Shown in pieces: positions 49,346 through 58,992 of a stretch of DNA of 64,000 bases (position 1 is the first letter of the stretch; each line of letters starts with the position of its first letter). Origin of the DNA: Candidatus Calditenuaceae archaeon HR02 (GTDB lineage: Archaea; Thermoproteota; Nitrososphaeria_A; Caldarchaeales; Calditenuaceae); contig BEHE01000001.1 in the NCBI GenBank assembly GCA_002898395.1, positions 91,182 to 155,181 on the forward strand, written 5' to 3'. The translations under genes were made by a program, and so were the position numbers. The notes under the pieces are model-generated. The model saw only the letters and a list, made by a program, of their open reading frames with translations, was not told the origin of the DNA and ran no database searches.

Positions 49346-51451
49346 CTACTCCTTAGCCTTGAGGTGTACTACCATGCTCTTGTAATCACCCCTGATTCCG
49401 GGGTCTAGGCCATAGCTCATGAGGTATGAGCCGCTGAATACTTGGCCACTATTGTTGAGCTCGTAGGCGAGGTCGGGGTCCAGTCCGCGGAGCCGTATGC
49501 TCGGCACACGTTTCCCAAATCCTTGCTGTAGTGTGAAGGCGAAAAGTAAGGCTTCGGTCTTTTCCGGTGTGACAAACTGTAGGGCGGCGAACTCTCCTGT
49601 CCTAGGGCTCTTGAGCCTATAGAGATCTCCATCCTGCACAATATGTCTCACACTTTTGTAGAACTCTATGTGCTTCTTAGCCTCTTCAACCTCATCCTTA
49701 CTTAATTCTAGTAGATTGACGCTGATACCTAAGGCGCCCATCATCGCCGAGTGGAACCTGAACTCGAGTGAGAGAAACCTGTTGGTGAGGAAGTTGGGAA
49801 CCCCTGTCACCCACGCCCCCATGGTCTTAGGACAATAAGCCATCGTGAACCCTTCTTGGATAAACAGCCTGTCAAGGGCGTCGGTGTTATCGCTTGTCCA
49901 GAACTGGTCAAACCTCTCCATTGCCCCCAGATCAACTCTACCACCTCCACCGGAGCAGCCTTCAAAGATTACGTTTGGATGCCTCCTCCTTAGCTCGTCG
50001 AGAATCCCGTATAATGCCTGGACGTGCCTAACCCAGATCTCCCTCTGCCTCTCGCGTGGGGCGTCGGGCCAGCCGGGCTCGCTAAAGCTCCTATTCATAT
50101 CCCACTTAACGAACCCGATGTCGTTCTCGGTGAGCAGTCTATCAAGCGTGTTGAAGACATACTCTCTAACATCCTCTCTACAGAGGTTTAAGACTAGCTG
50201 GTTCCTCATCTCACTCCTCGGCCTGCCGGGGAAGTGATATACCCAGTCGGGGTGAAGCCTGTATAGGTCGCTGTTGGGGTTTACCATCTCGGGCTCCACC
50301 CAGATTCCGAAGACCATCCCCCTCGACTTGACATGCTCAATCACGGGCCCAAGCCCATGGGGGAACTTCTTCGGATCTGGAGTCCAATCACCGAGCCCTG
50401 CCCTATCATCATTACGCCCCTTAAACCAGCCGTCGTCAACCACGAAGACCTCCACCCCTATCTCCGCGGCAAGGTCGGCCAGCTTCTTCAGGTTCTCCTC
50501 ATTGACATTGAAATAAAGTGTCTCCCAAGTATTATAGACTACTGGGCGCGGCTTATTGGCATTGTTTCTGGGCAGGACTACATTTCTCTCGAAGCGGTGG
50601 AGGGATCTGCTAAGGGCTCCAAAACCGCCTTCACTGCGAGTCAAAACCATTTTAGGAGTTCTGAAGGATTCTCCAGGCCTAAGGTAGAGGCTGAAGTCAA
50701 AGTCGTTCACACCCATTGAGACTCTAAGCTGGTCATGCCCAACGTATTCCGAGACACACTTCCAGTTACCGCTCCAAGCCAGCAGACACCCCCAAACTTC
50801 TCCCTCCTCCTCCCCCGCGTCCCCCTCATCAAAAAAGACTGCAGGGTTGAGCTGGTGGCTGGTTACTCCTCGTCTGCTCTCTAAGACTTTCTTGCCAGCC
50901 CTAAGCTCTTCTTGTACAATCCTCGTCTCGCCTGCCCAGTGGCCCGCGAGCAAAGTCATGCGCCAGCTGCTTCTCCGCGGAAGCGAAACAGCCCCCGAGA
51001 GCACTTCTTCGAGGATGATAGGCTCTGGCCCCGCGTTGCGGATCTCGGCCCACCTCGTGATCACGCTATACTCAGGATACGCACGATAGTGCAGGTCTAC
51101 TAGGAGGCTGTATCCAATATCTTTAAGCGTTATTGAGAGTTCATTTTCGTCAATTAGCTTGTGGCCTTCATATTTTAGGACGCAGTCTCTCACACCGCTT
51201 GGAAGCTCGGCCTTGAGACACGGTTCCATAAACCTAAGACCTCCAAATGTGCTATACTCTTCGCGCAAGAGGTGAAGCCCCGGTTCAAAGGGGAAGTGGC
51301 CACCTAGTTGGATTGGCTCCCTAAACTCTGCACGGCCACCAAAATGTACGTTAACGAGTGACCCGTCATCCGCAACCTTCAAGACGTAGTGGAGTTCCCC
51401 CGCGCTAATCGACCACAGCTTTCCTGACGGAAGAAAACTGATAGGCGCCAC
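49346..51451 (-). CDS. GH36 alpha-galactosidase
   Basis: 701 aa with FVVDDGWF, KFPHGL, FGIWVEPE, VKWDMNR and EGCSGGGGRVD, the hallmark GH36 blocks. Confidence 0.85.
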   Translation of the reverse strand: MAPISFLPSGKLWSISAGELHYVLKVADDGSLVNVHFGGRAEFREPIQLGGHFPFEPGLHLLREEYSTFGGLRFMEPCLKAELPSGVRDCVLKYEGHKLIDENELSITLKDIGYSLLVDLHYRAYPEYSVITRWAEIRNAGPEPIILEEVLSGAVSLPRRSSWRMTLLAGHWAGETRIVQEELRAGKKVLESRRGVTSHQLNPAVFFDEGDAGEEEGEVWGCLLAWSGNWKCVSEYVGHDQLRVSMGVNDFDFSLYLRPGESFRTPKMVLTRSEGGFGALSRSLHRFERNVVLPRNNANKPRPVVYNTWETLYFNVNEENLKKLADLAAEIGVEVFVVDDGWFKGRNDDRAGLGDWTPDPKKFPHGLGPVIEHVKSRGMVFGIWVEPEMVNPNSDLYRLHPDWVYHFPGRPRSEMRNQLVLNLCREDVREYVFNTLDRLLTENDIGFVKWDMNRSFSEPGWPDAPRERQREIWVRHVQALYGILDELRRRHPNVIFEGCSGGGGRVDLGAMERFDQFWTSDNTDALDRLFIQEGFTMAYCPKTMGAWVTGVPNFLTNRFLSLEFRFHSAMMGALGISVNLLELSKDEVEEAKKHIEFYKSVRHIVQDGDLYRLKSPRTGEFAALQFVTPEKTEALLFAFTLQQGFGKRVPSIRLRGLDPDLAYELNNSGQVFSGSYLMSYGLDPGIRGDYKSMVVHLKAKE

Positions 51452-51709
51452 AGATAGGCGTTAATCCACGCCTGCTTATTTTTCTTTCCAGCACAGTACT
51501 CCACATACCTGCGCGGCCCGATATGCTTATCCCTAAATTGACCGCCAAGATGTTGCCCAGCTTATTTAGACAAGGCCTATACAACCTTATTCCGCACCGA
51601 CACCTCACCACCCGCGCACGAACAGAAGATTGACAGAGCACATCAAGGCTCTAGGCCAGCTCCGCAAAGGTTAGGCAACCCCTAAACCGGCCCTAAGGCG
51701 CGGTGAAAA

Positions 51710-51718
51710 CTTAAAAGC
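51710..51718 (+). promoter_or_regulatory. candidate TATA box for tRNA-Asp
   Basis: cttaaaagc lies 32-40 nt upstream of the mature tRNA 5' end. Position only. Confidence 0.3.
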
Positions 51719-51749
51719 AAGCACCACAAAAAAGCAATTGAGTCAAAAC

Positions 51750-51824
51750 GCCTGGGTAGTATAGCCAGGTCTAGTATCGGCGGCTGTCGCCCGCCGGACC
51801 CGGGTTCAAATCCCGGCCCAGGCG
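51750..51824 (+). tRNA. tRNA-Asp (GUC)
   Basis: 75 nt. Acceptor stem GCCTGGG/CCCAGGC. Anticodon stem GGCGG/CCGCC with loop CTGTCGC (anticodon GTC at 51786-51788). T arm CCGGG-TTCAAAT-CCCGG. Discriminator G. No encoded CCA and no intron. Confidence 0.9.
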
Positions 51825-51916
51825 TAAGATTTAAATACTGGATATCGTCGGCCTGTGACAGCTTGATTGTAAGCGAGTATGAAGAATAGAATAGAGAGGA
51901 GAAGGGGGAGGGGGTC

Positions 51917-52815
51917 TTAGGCTGTCAGCAGTAGTCTTCTCTTTTTCAAATACTCCTTGAGCCGCCTTCTCTTCCTTTCGATAGTAAAGCCAACTTTCTC
52001 GTAGAATGTCAGATTTGACTTCATACTAATGTAGACGTAATAGACGTCTTTTCTCCGTCTATATACTTTACCTGTCTCCGGGTCTCTAATTGGTGTGCCA
52101 GCCCGTACACGTAGTTTTGGCTCGTCCGAAGTCGTCTCTATGCCGATCTTCTTCAGGAGATATATGACGTATGTTAGCAGTTTATAGTCGGTGTTATACG
52201 CTACTATGGTGCCGTCTTCAGCGACGCATGCCTCGCTGTCGAAGAATCCCCTCAGAAACATTGCGATGCATTTATCGCAGTGTTCAATAAATGGTCTGAT
52301 CTTGTGGATGTCGATTGGTTTCTTGAGTAGTTCGTAGAGAGTTCTAGACTTAGCTACGGTGACCCATCTGCCGTCTTTATTTAGCCTCGGTATTGGCGGT
52401 TCTCTTCCTAACACCCTCGCTATTCTCCTGCTGAATTCTTCGGCGAACTCCCTGTCCTTGACCTCTAACACTATGTAGCATTCCCTGTATCCGCGCCGTG
52501 GCCTGCCTCTCCGCCGAGCGCACCCATCTCTAGCCACCACACCTATAACATATGCCAGGTCCTCTGATGGTTTTAGAGACTCTGTCGATAGAATCCTTAT
52601 TCCGTTGAGCGGAGAATGTATTCCTCTGCGCCAGTAGCTGCAGTGGGACTTGCTGATGACTACACCATTTTTTTCTCTATCTCATAGATAGTCTCCCTGT
52701 ATGATAGTCCTTTCTTGGAGAGTTCTAGGACATCTTCGTATATCCTCATCCTCAACCCTCTAGGAAGATAGCTCCCCCTCCTCTTCCCTACTATTTCTTC
52801 TCTCCTACCACTCAT
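51917..52815 (-). pseudogene. free-standing double-motif LAGLIDADG endonuclease gene with N-terminal HTH, frameshifted in an A7 run
   Basis: Track ORF 51917..52540 has FLRGFFDSEACV (motif 2). My upstream translation gives MSGRREEIVGKRRGSYLPRGLRMRIYEDVLELSKKGLSYRETIYEIEKK (ATG at 52813-52815). After a one-base shift in the run at 52668-52674 it continues (N)GVVISKSHCSYWRRGIHSP..EDLAYVIGVVARDGCA (motif 1). Confidence 0.7.
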
Positions 52816-52869
52816 TCTACACCACCTTTCTGAATGCTAGGGCGTATTCATGTTGTAGGTCGTGTTGGT

Positions 52870-53255
52870 GTCTTTTTATGGTGTGGTATTTTGCTAGTCG
52901 GCTGCCGTTGGATTGCATGAACTTAAAGTCGCTCCTATCGCTCTTAAGCCTATTCTCTCCAATCAACCTAGTCCTCTTAGGATGAGCCACTATTACCTTC
53001 AAAACATTCCCCTCAGCCTGCTATATATTGGATATACGTAGCCGGAGGACTCCATCGCTACTAGTGAGACTTTCCTCCTAGAGAGGAAAGAGAAGACCTT
53101 AATCCCTAGACACTCTCCTAGAATTCACCACATTCCCAAACAAGTCTACTATCGTAGCGTATCAACAGCTCTTATGAACATTCAAACCACAGACCAAACC
53201 GCCCACAGCATGCCCTGAGCGAGCCCTAGACTTAAGCCTACCCCCACATCGCATC
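52870..53255 (-). mobile_element. IS110-family element, copy 3 (5' fragment only)
   Basis: Fragments ..SGHAVGGLVCGLNVHKSC and VIVAHPKRTRLIGENRLKSDRSD parallel copy 1. The shared 5' end gatgcgatgtggggg lies at 53241-53255. It is truncated after about 110 codons. Confidence 0.65.
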
Positions 53256-53490
53256 CGTACCCTCATAGATAGCTCGTGTATAGTTGGCTTACTTATCGAC
53301 CCCATAGCCATACTCAGAACCCTAGAAACCCTCCTACAGCTACCATGAAACATGTACTCTAGGACAGCAACCACCTTAACCTCACGACTTTTTTGTTGCG
53401 CTTGAAGCAGCTCGAGATCAGAGCGACTACGTCCACGCAGAAGACCATCGAAGACCAGCCTTTAAATATATCCACTTATCCGGACACTAC
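53256..53490 (-). mobile_element. 5' fragment of an IS with GTAGTGTCCGGATAAG terminus (candidate autonomous parent of the MITEs), interrupted by IS110
   Basis: The terminus cttatccggacactac is at 53475-53490. An HTH-like N-terminus ..KSREVKVVAVLEYMFHGSCRRVSRVLSMAMGSISKPTIHELSMR reads inward and stops at the IS110 junction. Confidence 0.5.
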
Positions 53491-53530
53491 CCTTGACGAG
53501 CTTGAAAAGCGTAAATAACGATATGTAAGC

Positions 53531-53902
53531 ATGAAAGACATGCAAGATAACTCCCCATGGATTACGGATTACATCAAATTGCTCGTTGAAAAGTATTTTG
53601 GACCTTGTGGGCTGGTAAAAGACGCGCTTAAGGAACTCCGGAACCTACCTAAAAGTCTCTCTAGGAGACTCGGCTGCGATGTGCAAACATGGCAAGAATA
53701 CCTATCCGACCTTAGCAAGGCTCCCACGAGGCTCAACCTAATAGAGGGTGCAGTCAAATTCGTCGGCGAGAAAGCCCTGCGTGACTCGGAAAAATACGGC
53801 AAGGATTTACGTTATTATCTCAACAGGGCATTAGATGAAGAGCATATGACAAATTTTATTTCACGTTTTATAGAGGAAATGGGGATAACCGAAAGGCGTT
53901 AG
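53531..53902 (+). CDS. hypothetical protein
   Basis: 123 aa, helical and acidic, with no motif recognised. Coding-like composition. Confidence 0.4.
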   Translation: MKDMQDNSPWITDYIKLLVEKYFGPCGLVKDALKELRNLPKSLSRRLGCDVQTWQEYLSDLSKAPTRLNLIEGAVKFVGEKALRDSEKYGKDLRYYLNRALDEEHMTNFISRFIEEMGITERR

Positions 53903-53925
53903 ATGAACCTGTACAAACGAGGTGA

Positions 53926-54390
53926 TCAGACAGTATAAGTTTCGTTTTTCCTTTCCGATACCACAGACCTGAACCCCTCAGCCCTCCTGTACACCCAGTA
54001 TGCCCTTCTGCTTCTGTCCCTCACCCTCTCCAGTATCCCGAGCGCAGTTAAGTGCTCGAGGGCAGGTCTCACGTGCTTGAAGTCCCTCGGGGCCCATCCC
54101 CTCCTGTGGAGCTCCCTAGCGACCTCAGAGGGCGACCTGTAGCTCTCGAAGAATCCGTCCTCCATCAGAAGTATGATCCTGCCGTAGAGCTCGTTCTCGG
54201 AGACCTTGATGTAGACCGGCTCCCTCGATATTATGACCTTAGGAACCTCTACTCTGACCTCTACTGTGCCTATGCCCTTCAGGAGGTTCCTGACCGCCTG
54301 CTCCAACGCCTCTACCCTGTGCCTGAGTTCTTCTATCTCGGACTCCACATCCATGCCGCTATGGAATATGTTATTTCGCTTACGCTTCAT
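53926..54390 (-). CDS. hypothetical coiled-coil plus winged-helix-like protein
   Basis: 154 aa. N-terminal heptad-like ESEIEELRHRVEALEQAVRNLL. C-terminal SPSEVARELHRRGW..ALEHLTALGILERV resembles a wHTH. Confidence 0.4.
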   Translation of the reverse strand: MKRKRNNIFHSGMDVESEIEELRHRVEALEQAVRNLLKGIGTVEVRVEVPKVIISREPVYIKVSENELYGRIILLMEDGFFESYRSPSEVARELHRRGWAPRDFKHVRPALEHLTALGILERVRDRSRRAYWVYRRAEGFRSVVSERKNETYTV

Positions 54391-54499
54391 CTTAACTTCG
54401 CAAGGGATTTATATATTCTCCTCGGGATTCGTTGGCCGTGGATCCTGAGGCCGTGAGGCTGGTCTTTCTCCCCGACAGGGATTAGTGCCTAGAATATCT

Positions 54500-55303
54500 C
54501 AGGAGGATTAGGTTTAGGGGAGGGCTTAGGTGTGTTTATTGCGGCTCTTCTGAGGTAAGGAGGGGGTGGTAGGGACAGGAACGGTTATCAGGTATACGAG
54601 TGCGCTTCATGTAAGAGGAAGTTTAACGACTTGACTGGAACGATATTCTCTAGGCATAGGCTGCATGTAGAGGAGACGTTCTACATGGAGGGGGAAGAGC
54701 ATAGGTCAGATAGCTAAGGAGCTTGGTAGGAGCTACTTGTCTGTACTCAGATTCGTGAAGGAAGGTCCATAGACTTGCCGAGAGGTCAGGGAAGCTGTCC
54801 CTAGAGGGTATATGCGAGGCCGACGAGGTCTACGTGAATTCCGGGAATAAGGGGGTTAAGGAGGGTAATCCTAGGGGGAGGGGGCTATCGGTAAAGGAGG
54901 GGGAACTTACGAAGGAGATAGGCCACCCGTGCTAACGCTGGTAAGGAGGAGAGACGGGATGACCGAGTTCGTTGTGATGAATGATATGAGTCAGGCAGTA
55001 GAAGAGATTAGATCGAGGGCATCTGAAGATTGCGTAATCATAACTGACAACTACCCTGCATACGATAGACTGGATTCCATCGGGATAAACCACATGAGGA
55101 TAAACCACTCCGAGAGATACGCAGATGGAGACGTTCACGTGAACAGATGTGAGAACAGGCACTCATTCCTCAGGTCATTCCTATCGAGTTTAAGAGGGGT
55201 AAGCAAGAGGTACCTCCAAGAATACCTATCATTCCTAGCCCTTTTGATCAACACGCCTACAAGGTGGTTCAGTACACCGCTATCCCTTACGATGCCGAGA
55301 TGA
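54500..55303 (+). pseudogene. IS1595-family (ISH4-like) transposase, multiply frameshifted
   Basis: Zn-ribbon CVYCGSSEV.. and ..YQVYECASCKRKFNDLTGTIFSRH lie in shifted frames. A DEVYVNSGNKG-like block follows. The C-terminal ORF 54929..55303 carries ITDNYPAYDRL..INHSERYADGDVHVNRCENRHSFLRSFL..RGVSKRYLQEYL. Confidence 0.65.
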
Positions 55304-55309
55304 GAGTTC

Positions 55310-56409
55310 TGGTTATATATATGGCTGGTGTCTATATTGTTAGTTCTAATATTAGGAAGGCTGAGGCCCTAGCGTTGCTTCCCCTAGTTGTTGTAGGTGT
55401 CTTTCCCTATTTCTTGTTTCATCTTGTTTGGAGTGGATGCTTGGCCGTTGATAGGACCGAGCTTAATAGCCTGATGCTTATTGTTCAGTTCTCAGTCCAG
55501 GCTGTTTTCTCGCCTGTTATGGTTATTCTCGGGTTTGGTATATGGGGCGTTGCACTAGTTTACTTGATACTGGTCCCTCTGTCTGCGAGTATTCCTTCTC
55601 TTTTTATGCTCCTACGGGTTCTTAGTTTGAGCAGGCCTAGTCTAAGTGTTTTTGAGGGAGCTTCTATCTTTTGGTCTTCCCCTCTCTGGTAGTGGTCTTC
55701 TCTTTACAGTTAGGCAGAGTGTGCAGAACGTCCTGTTGTCTAGGTTTGCCTCTAGCATGGATCTTGGTAACTATACGGTTGCTATGCGTCTTGGGCCTTT
55801 GGTGGATGCGGTTAATTACCCTATAACTACGATGCTTTTCCCAACGTTCTCCGCGTTATCTGAAAGGAATAACGTTAGGATTGTGTTTAATAAGCTCGTT
55901 AAGCTCTCGCTGGTGGTTGTGGCTCCTACTTCGCTGCTTATCATGGTTTTGTCCCGTCCCCTACTCCTAACCTTCTTCAGGACTGCCTATGAGCAGGGAT
56001 GGCCCTACCTGTCTATCCTCGCTGTCCACTGGCTTACCTACGCTCTTGGGGGTAATGTTGCTAATTATCTGTTATGGGCCAGGGATTGACTAAGCTGGTC
56101 TTTTACTTGAGCCTGCTCTGGTCTACTGTATCCTTGGCCCTAAGCTTCGCGTTGATACCTTTCATAGGCGTTTTCGGGGGCATAACTGTGAACATAATAT
56201 CTTTCCTCCCTCCCTTCATACTATCACTAGTAAGGATATGGAGCATATACGGCGCCGGATATCCTTTTAAGGACTTTGCGAAGATTATGTCTTCCTCATT
56301 TGTAGCCGCTCTCCTCGCACACTTTAACTCTGTGATGCTCGGTAATTTCTGGTCTCCTATCCAGCTGCTCGTTGCCCTACTTCTCGCTGCTATCCTATAT
56401 CTTTTTTGA
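55310..56409 (+). pseudogene. Wzx-like polysaccharide flippase (MOP superfamily), 5'-truncated and frameshifted
   Basis: Three consecutive overlapping ORFs (55264.., 55646.., 56074..) read as one polytopic protein. The characteristic block is LGNYTVAMRLGPLVDAVNYPITTMLFPTFSAL. The N-terminal third is missing where the IS1595 remnant abuts. Confidence 0.6.
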
Positions 56410-56825
56410 CAAAGAGGCTTGGTATTATAGTCGATAGTGAGCTGTCGGTTTTGGAGCGCTCAATAGGCACTATACCTGTCTTTGGCCCTTTAATTAAACA
56501 TGTAATAGCCCTGTATCAAGCAATTTGATCTCGTCAATGCTATCCCATTACGATATAGTTCAAGTCTTTCTTTCTGGGCTCGCTATGTGTTAAGATGAAG
56601 TAATTAGTTACACAGCGTCCTCATCAACTGAAAGCTAGAACTTATGACAAACTATTCTTTAAGAGCTGACAATTGCTTTATGGTTTTAGCCAGATGTTAC
56701 ACCAGCTAATGAGGAATAGGTGAGCATATCAGGAGGCCGTTATCTTGATAAGCAGGAATAGAGAATCTCTTAAGAGACGTGAGCTTTTGAAGGCTTATAT
56801 ATAATTAGCCTATAGTACCAATTAG

Positions 56826-57122
56826 ATGGCCAAGATAGCTGAAAAGGTTCCTAGTTGGGTAGCTAGGGTATTGCTACCTGAGATAAGGTCAATTATTAGA
56901 GAGGAAATATCATCTGAGGTTAAGCGACTAGAAGATAGGATTGGTAGTATAGACGAGAAGATTGATTTGGTCCGAAACGAGCTCCTAGCTGAGATCAGAA
57001 GGGTGGATGAGAAGCTGATCACTAAAATAGAGTCCATCGAGCGGAGTATCCCCCTTGCGTCGCGGCTAGCTGTCTTAGAGGCAGAGGTTAAGGAGCTTAA
57101 GGAGAAAATAGGCAAGACTTAG
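56826..57122 (+). CDS. hypothetical coiled-coil protein
   Basis: 98 aa, heptad-rich (EISSEVKRLEDRIGSIDEKIDLVRNELLAEIRRVDEKL). Confidence 0.4.
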   Translation: MAKIAEKVPSWVARVLLPEIRSIIREEISSEVKRLEDRIGSIDEKIDLVRNELLAEIRRVDEKLITKIESIERSIPLASRLAVLEAEVKELKEKIGKT

Positions 57123-57158
57123 AATCCATTATATTCTTCTCGGCAAAATATGCGGATC

Positions 57159-58045
57159 TGATGCGATGTGGGTTTAGGCTTAACTCTAGGGGCCGCTCAG
57201 GGCATGTTATGAGCGGTTTGGTCTGTGGTTTGGATGTTCATAGGAGGTTTTGTGAAGCTACTGTTGTTGACTGGTTTGGTAGTGTAGTAGAGTCTAGGAT
57301 GCTTCCTGGAGATGAGCTCTATTTATTCCTTTCTAGCATGAATGTATCTCTAGTAGTTGTGGAGTCTTCTAGCTATGTATATCCGATGTATAGTAGGTTG
57401 AGGGGTATAGGTTTGGTGGTGATAGTTGCCCATCCTAGGAAGACTAGGTTGATCGCTGAGAATAGGCTTAAGGGTGGTGGGAGGGATTCTAAATGTTTGG
57501 CTGAGCTTGCTAGGCTTGGGGCCTTGCCTAGCTCATACATACCTGAGGGTGGGGGTAGCTAGGGTGAGGGAGCTGGTTAGGCGGAGGGCCTTCCTAGTAA
57601 GGATTAGGACTAGGGTTAAGAATAGGATAATAGCTACTCTGGTTCTAGAGTGGGGTAGAAGTACCTAGGGATTTCAAGCTGTTCACTAGGAGTGGGTCGG
57701 ATTGGCTTAAGTCCCTTGGAGTACCCTCTATAGACCAGTACCTAAGGTTGTTTGAGAACATGAATCGTGAGATAGAGCTAGTATTCTTCGTAGTATCTAG
57801 GGAGCTAGATGAGTAGGCTGGAGATGAGGAGGTTAGACTGCTCATGACCATACCTGGAGTAGGATTGTACTCAGCATTGATGATAAAGGCAGAGATCGGT
57901 GACATATCTAGGTTCCCCCCACGCAGATCATCTATACAGCTACGCTGGCTTAGTTCCTTCTGAGAGGAGTAGTGGTGGTAGGGTGGGATAACTAGGGAGG
58001 GGGTCTAAGTGGCTGAGGTGGATAATGGTTGAGGTAGCCCACGTT
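57159..58045 (+). mobile_element. IS110-family element, copy 2 (frameshifted; 3' end cut off by the IS6-like element)
   Basis: Starts tgatgcgatgtggg. ORFs 57161..57562 and 57474..57668 parallel copy 1, and MTIPGVGLYSALMIKAEIGD is recognisable downstream. It ends within ..MVEVAHV at 58045. Confidence 0.7.
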
Positions 58046-58614
58046 GGGTCCGTTAAGTTTCTTTTATTGTTTTGTTTATGGCCTGGTTTTCTTGTTCTTT
58101 GTTTATGGGTTTTCTTGATGGTCTTAGGACTCCGGTGCCTGTCGTCCTCTACGCCCTATTCCTGATAGATGATACTGAGGTGAAGATAGGTGGTTCTAGT
58201 GCTTGGTTCTTCATAGCAGGAGGATACTGGGTATGTGGCTATCTTGGACTAGGAGCCAGCTGGTAGTTGAGAGGTTCCTAGGGAGCTTGTCAGGAGGTTT
58301 GGGAGGCACCCAGTATATGCTGGTGGTGTGAGTCATTACTTGGCCGCTTGTAAGAGCCTAGGCCTAGAGCATAGGGTATACGGCTTCGGTAGCTGGATGC
58401 ATGAGGTGATAGAGAGCGTAATATCCACAAGGATAAAGGACATGACTAGGGTATTTGATAGCTATTTTCCGTGTATGAGGGAGAGCTGCATGCTAGAGCA
58501 TGTATGGAGCTGGATGAAGCTAAGAATACTACTCCAAGAAGAATGGGTAAAAGACACACTAAAAAGACTAGTAGGGGTGATCAAGATTGAGTAATACCAA
58601 CTTAACAGATCCCC
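58046..58614 (+). mobile_element. IS6-like element, copy 2 (internally deleted, frameshifted)
   Basis: Terminal inverted repeats gggtccgttaagtt (58046 onward) and ccaacttaacagatcccc (58597-58614). ORFs 58072..58266 and 58328..58594 match copy 1 (LIDDTEVKIGGSSAWFFIA.., SHYLAACKSLGL). About 170 nt are missing relative to copy 1. Confidence 0.6.
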
Positions 58615-58992
58615 TACAGCCCTCCGTAAGGTCTGCACCGGAGCCTTAAAAGTTACTATAATAAGCACGGGAGATAAAGGGGGTGAGTTTTCGTCTGCGC
58701 CTCATTCTCCTGCCTGGACCTCTCTGTAACCTATCACAAATCTTCCACCAATCCTTCCTTTCTCTAATCCCATCCCTACAATGCCGTATCGTCTTTGTTG
58801 AGAGTTCGATACCCCCGACGCTAGTAGTGGTGCATATAGTGGGTGCCTTAAATACTCCCCAAAACACCAACAATACATAAACACAAAACAAAGAAAACCC
58901 CAAGAAGAGAATTACCCCCACCAAGGCGCCTCCATGACAGTTTTCCGAGAAAGTGTTATAGATTTTAATATCACTACTAAAAAGGGCAATTT

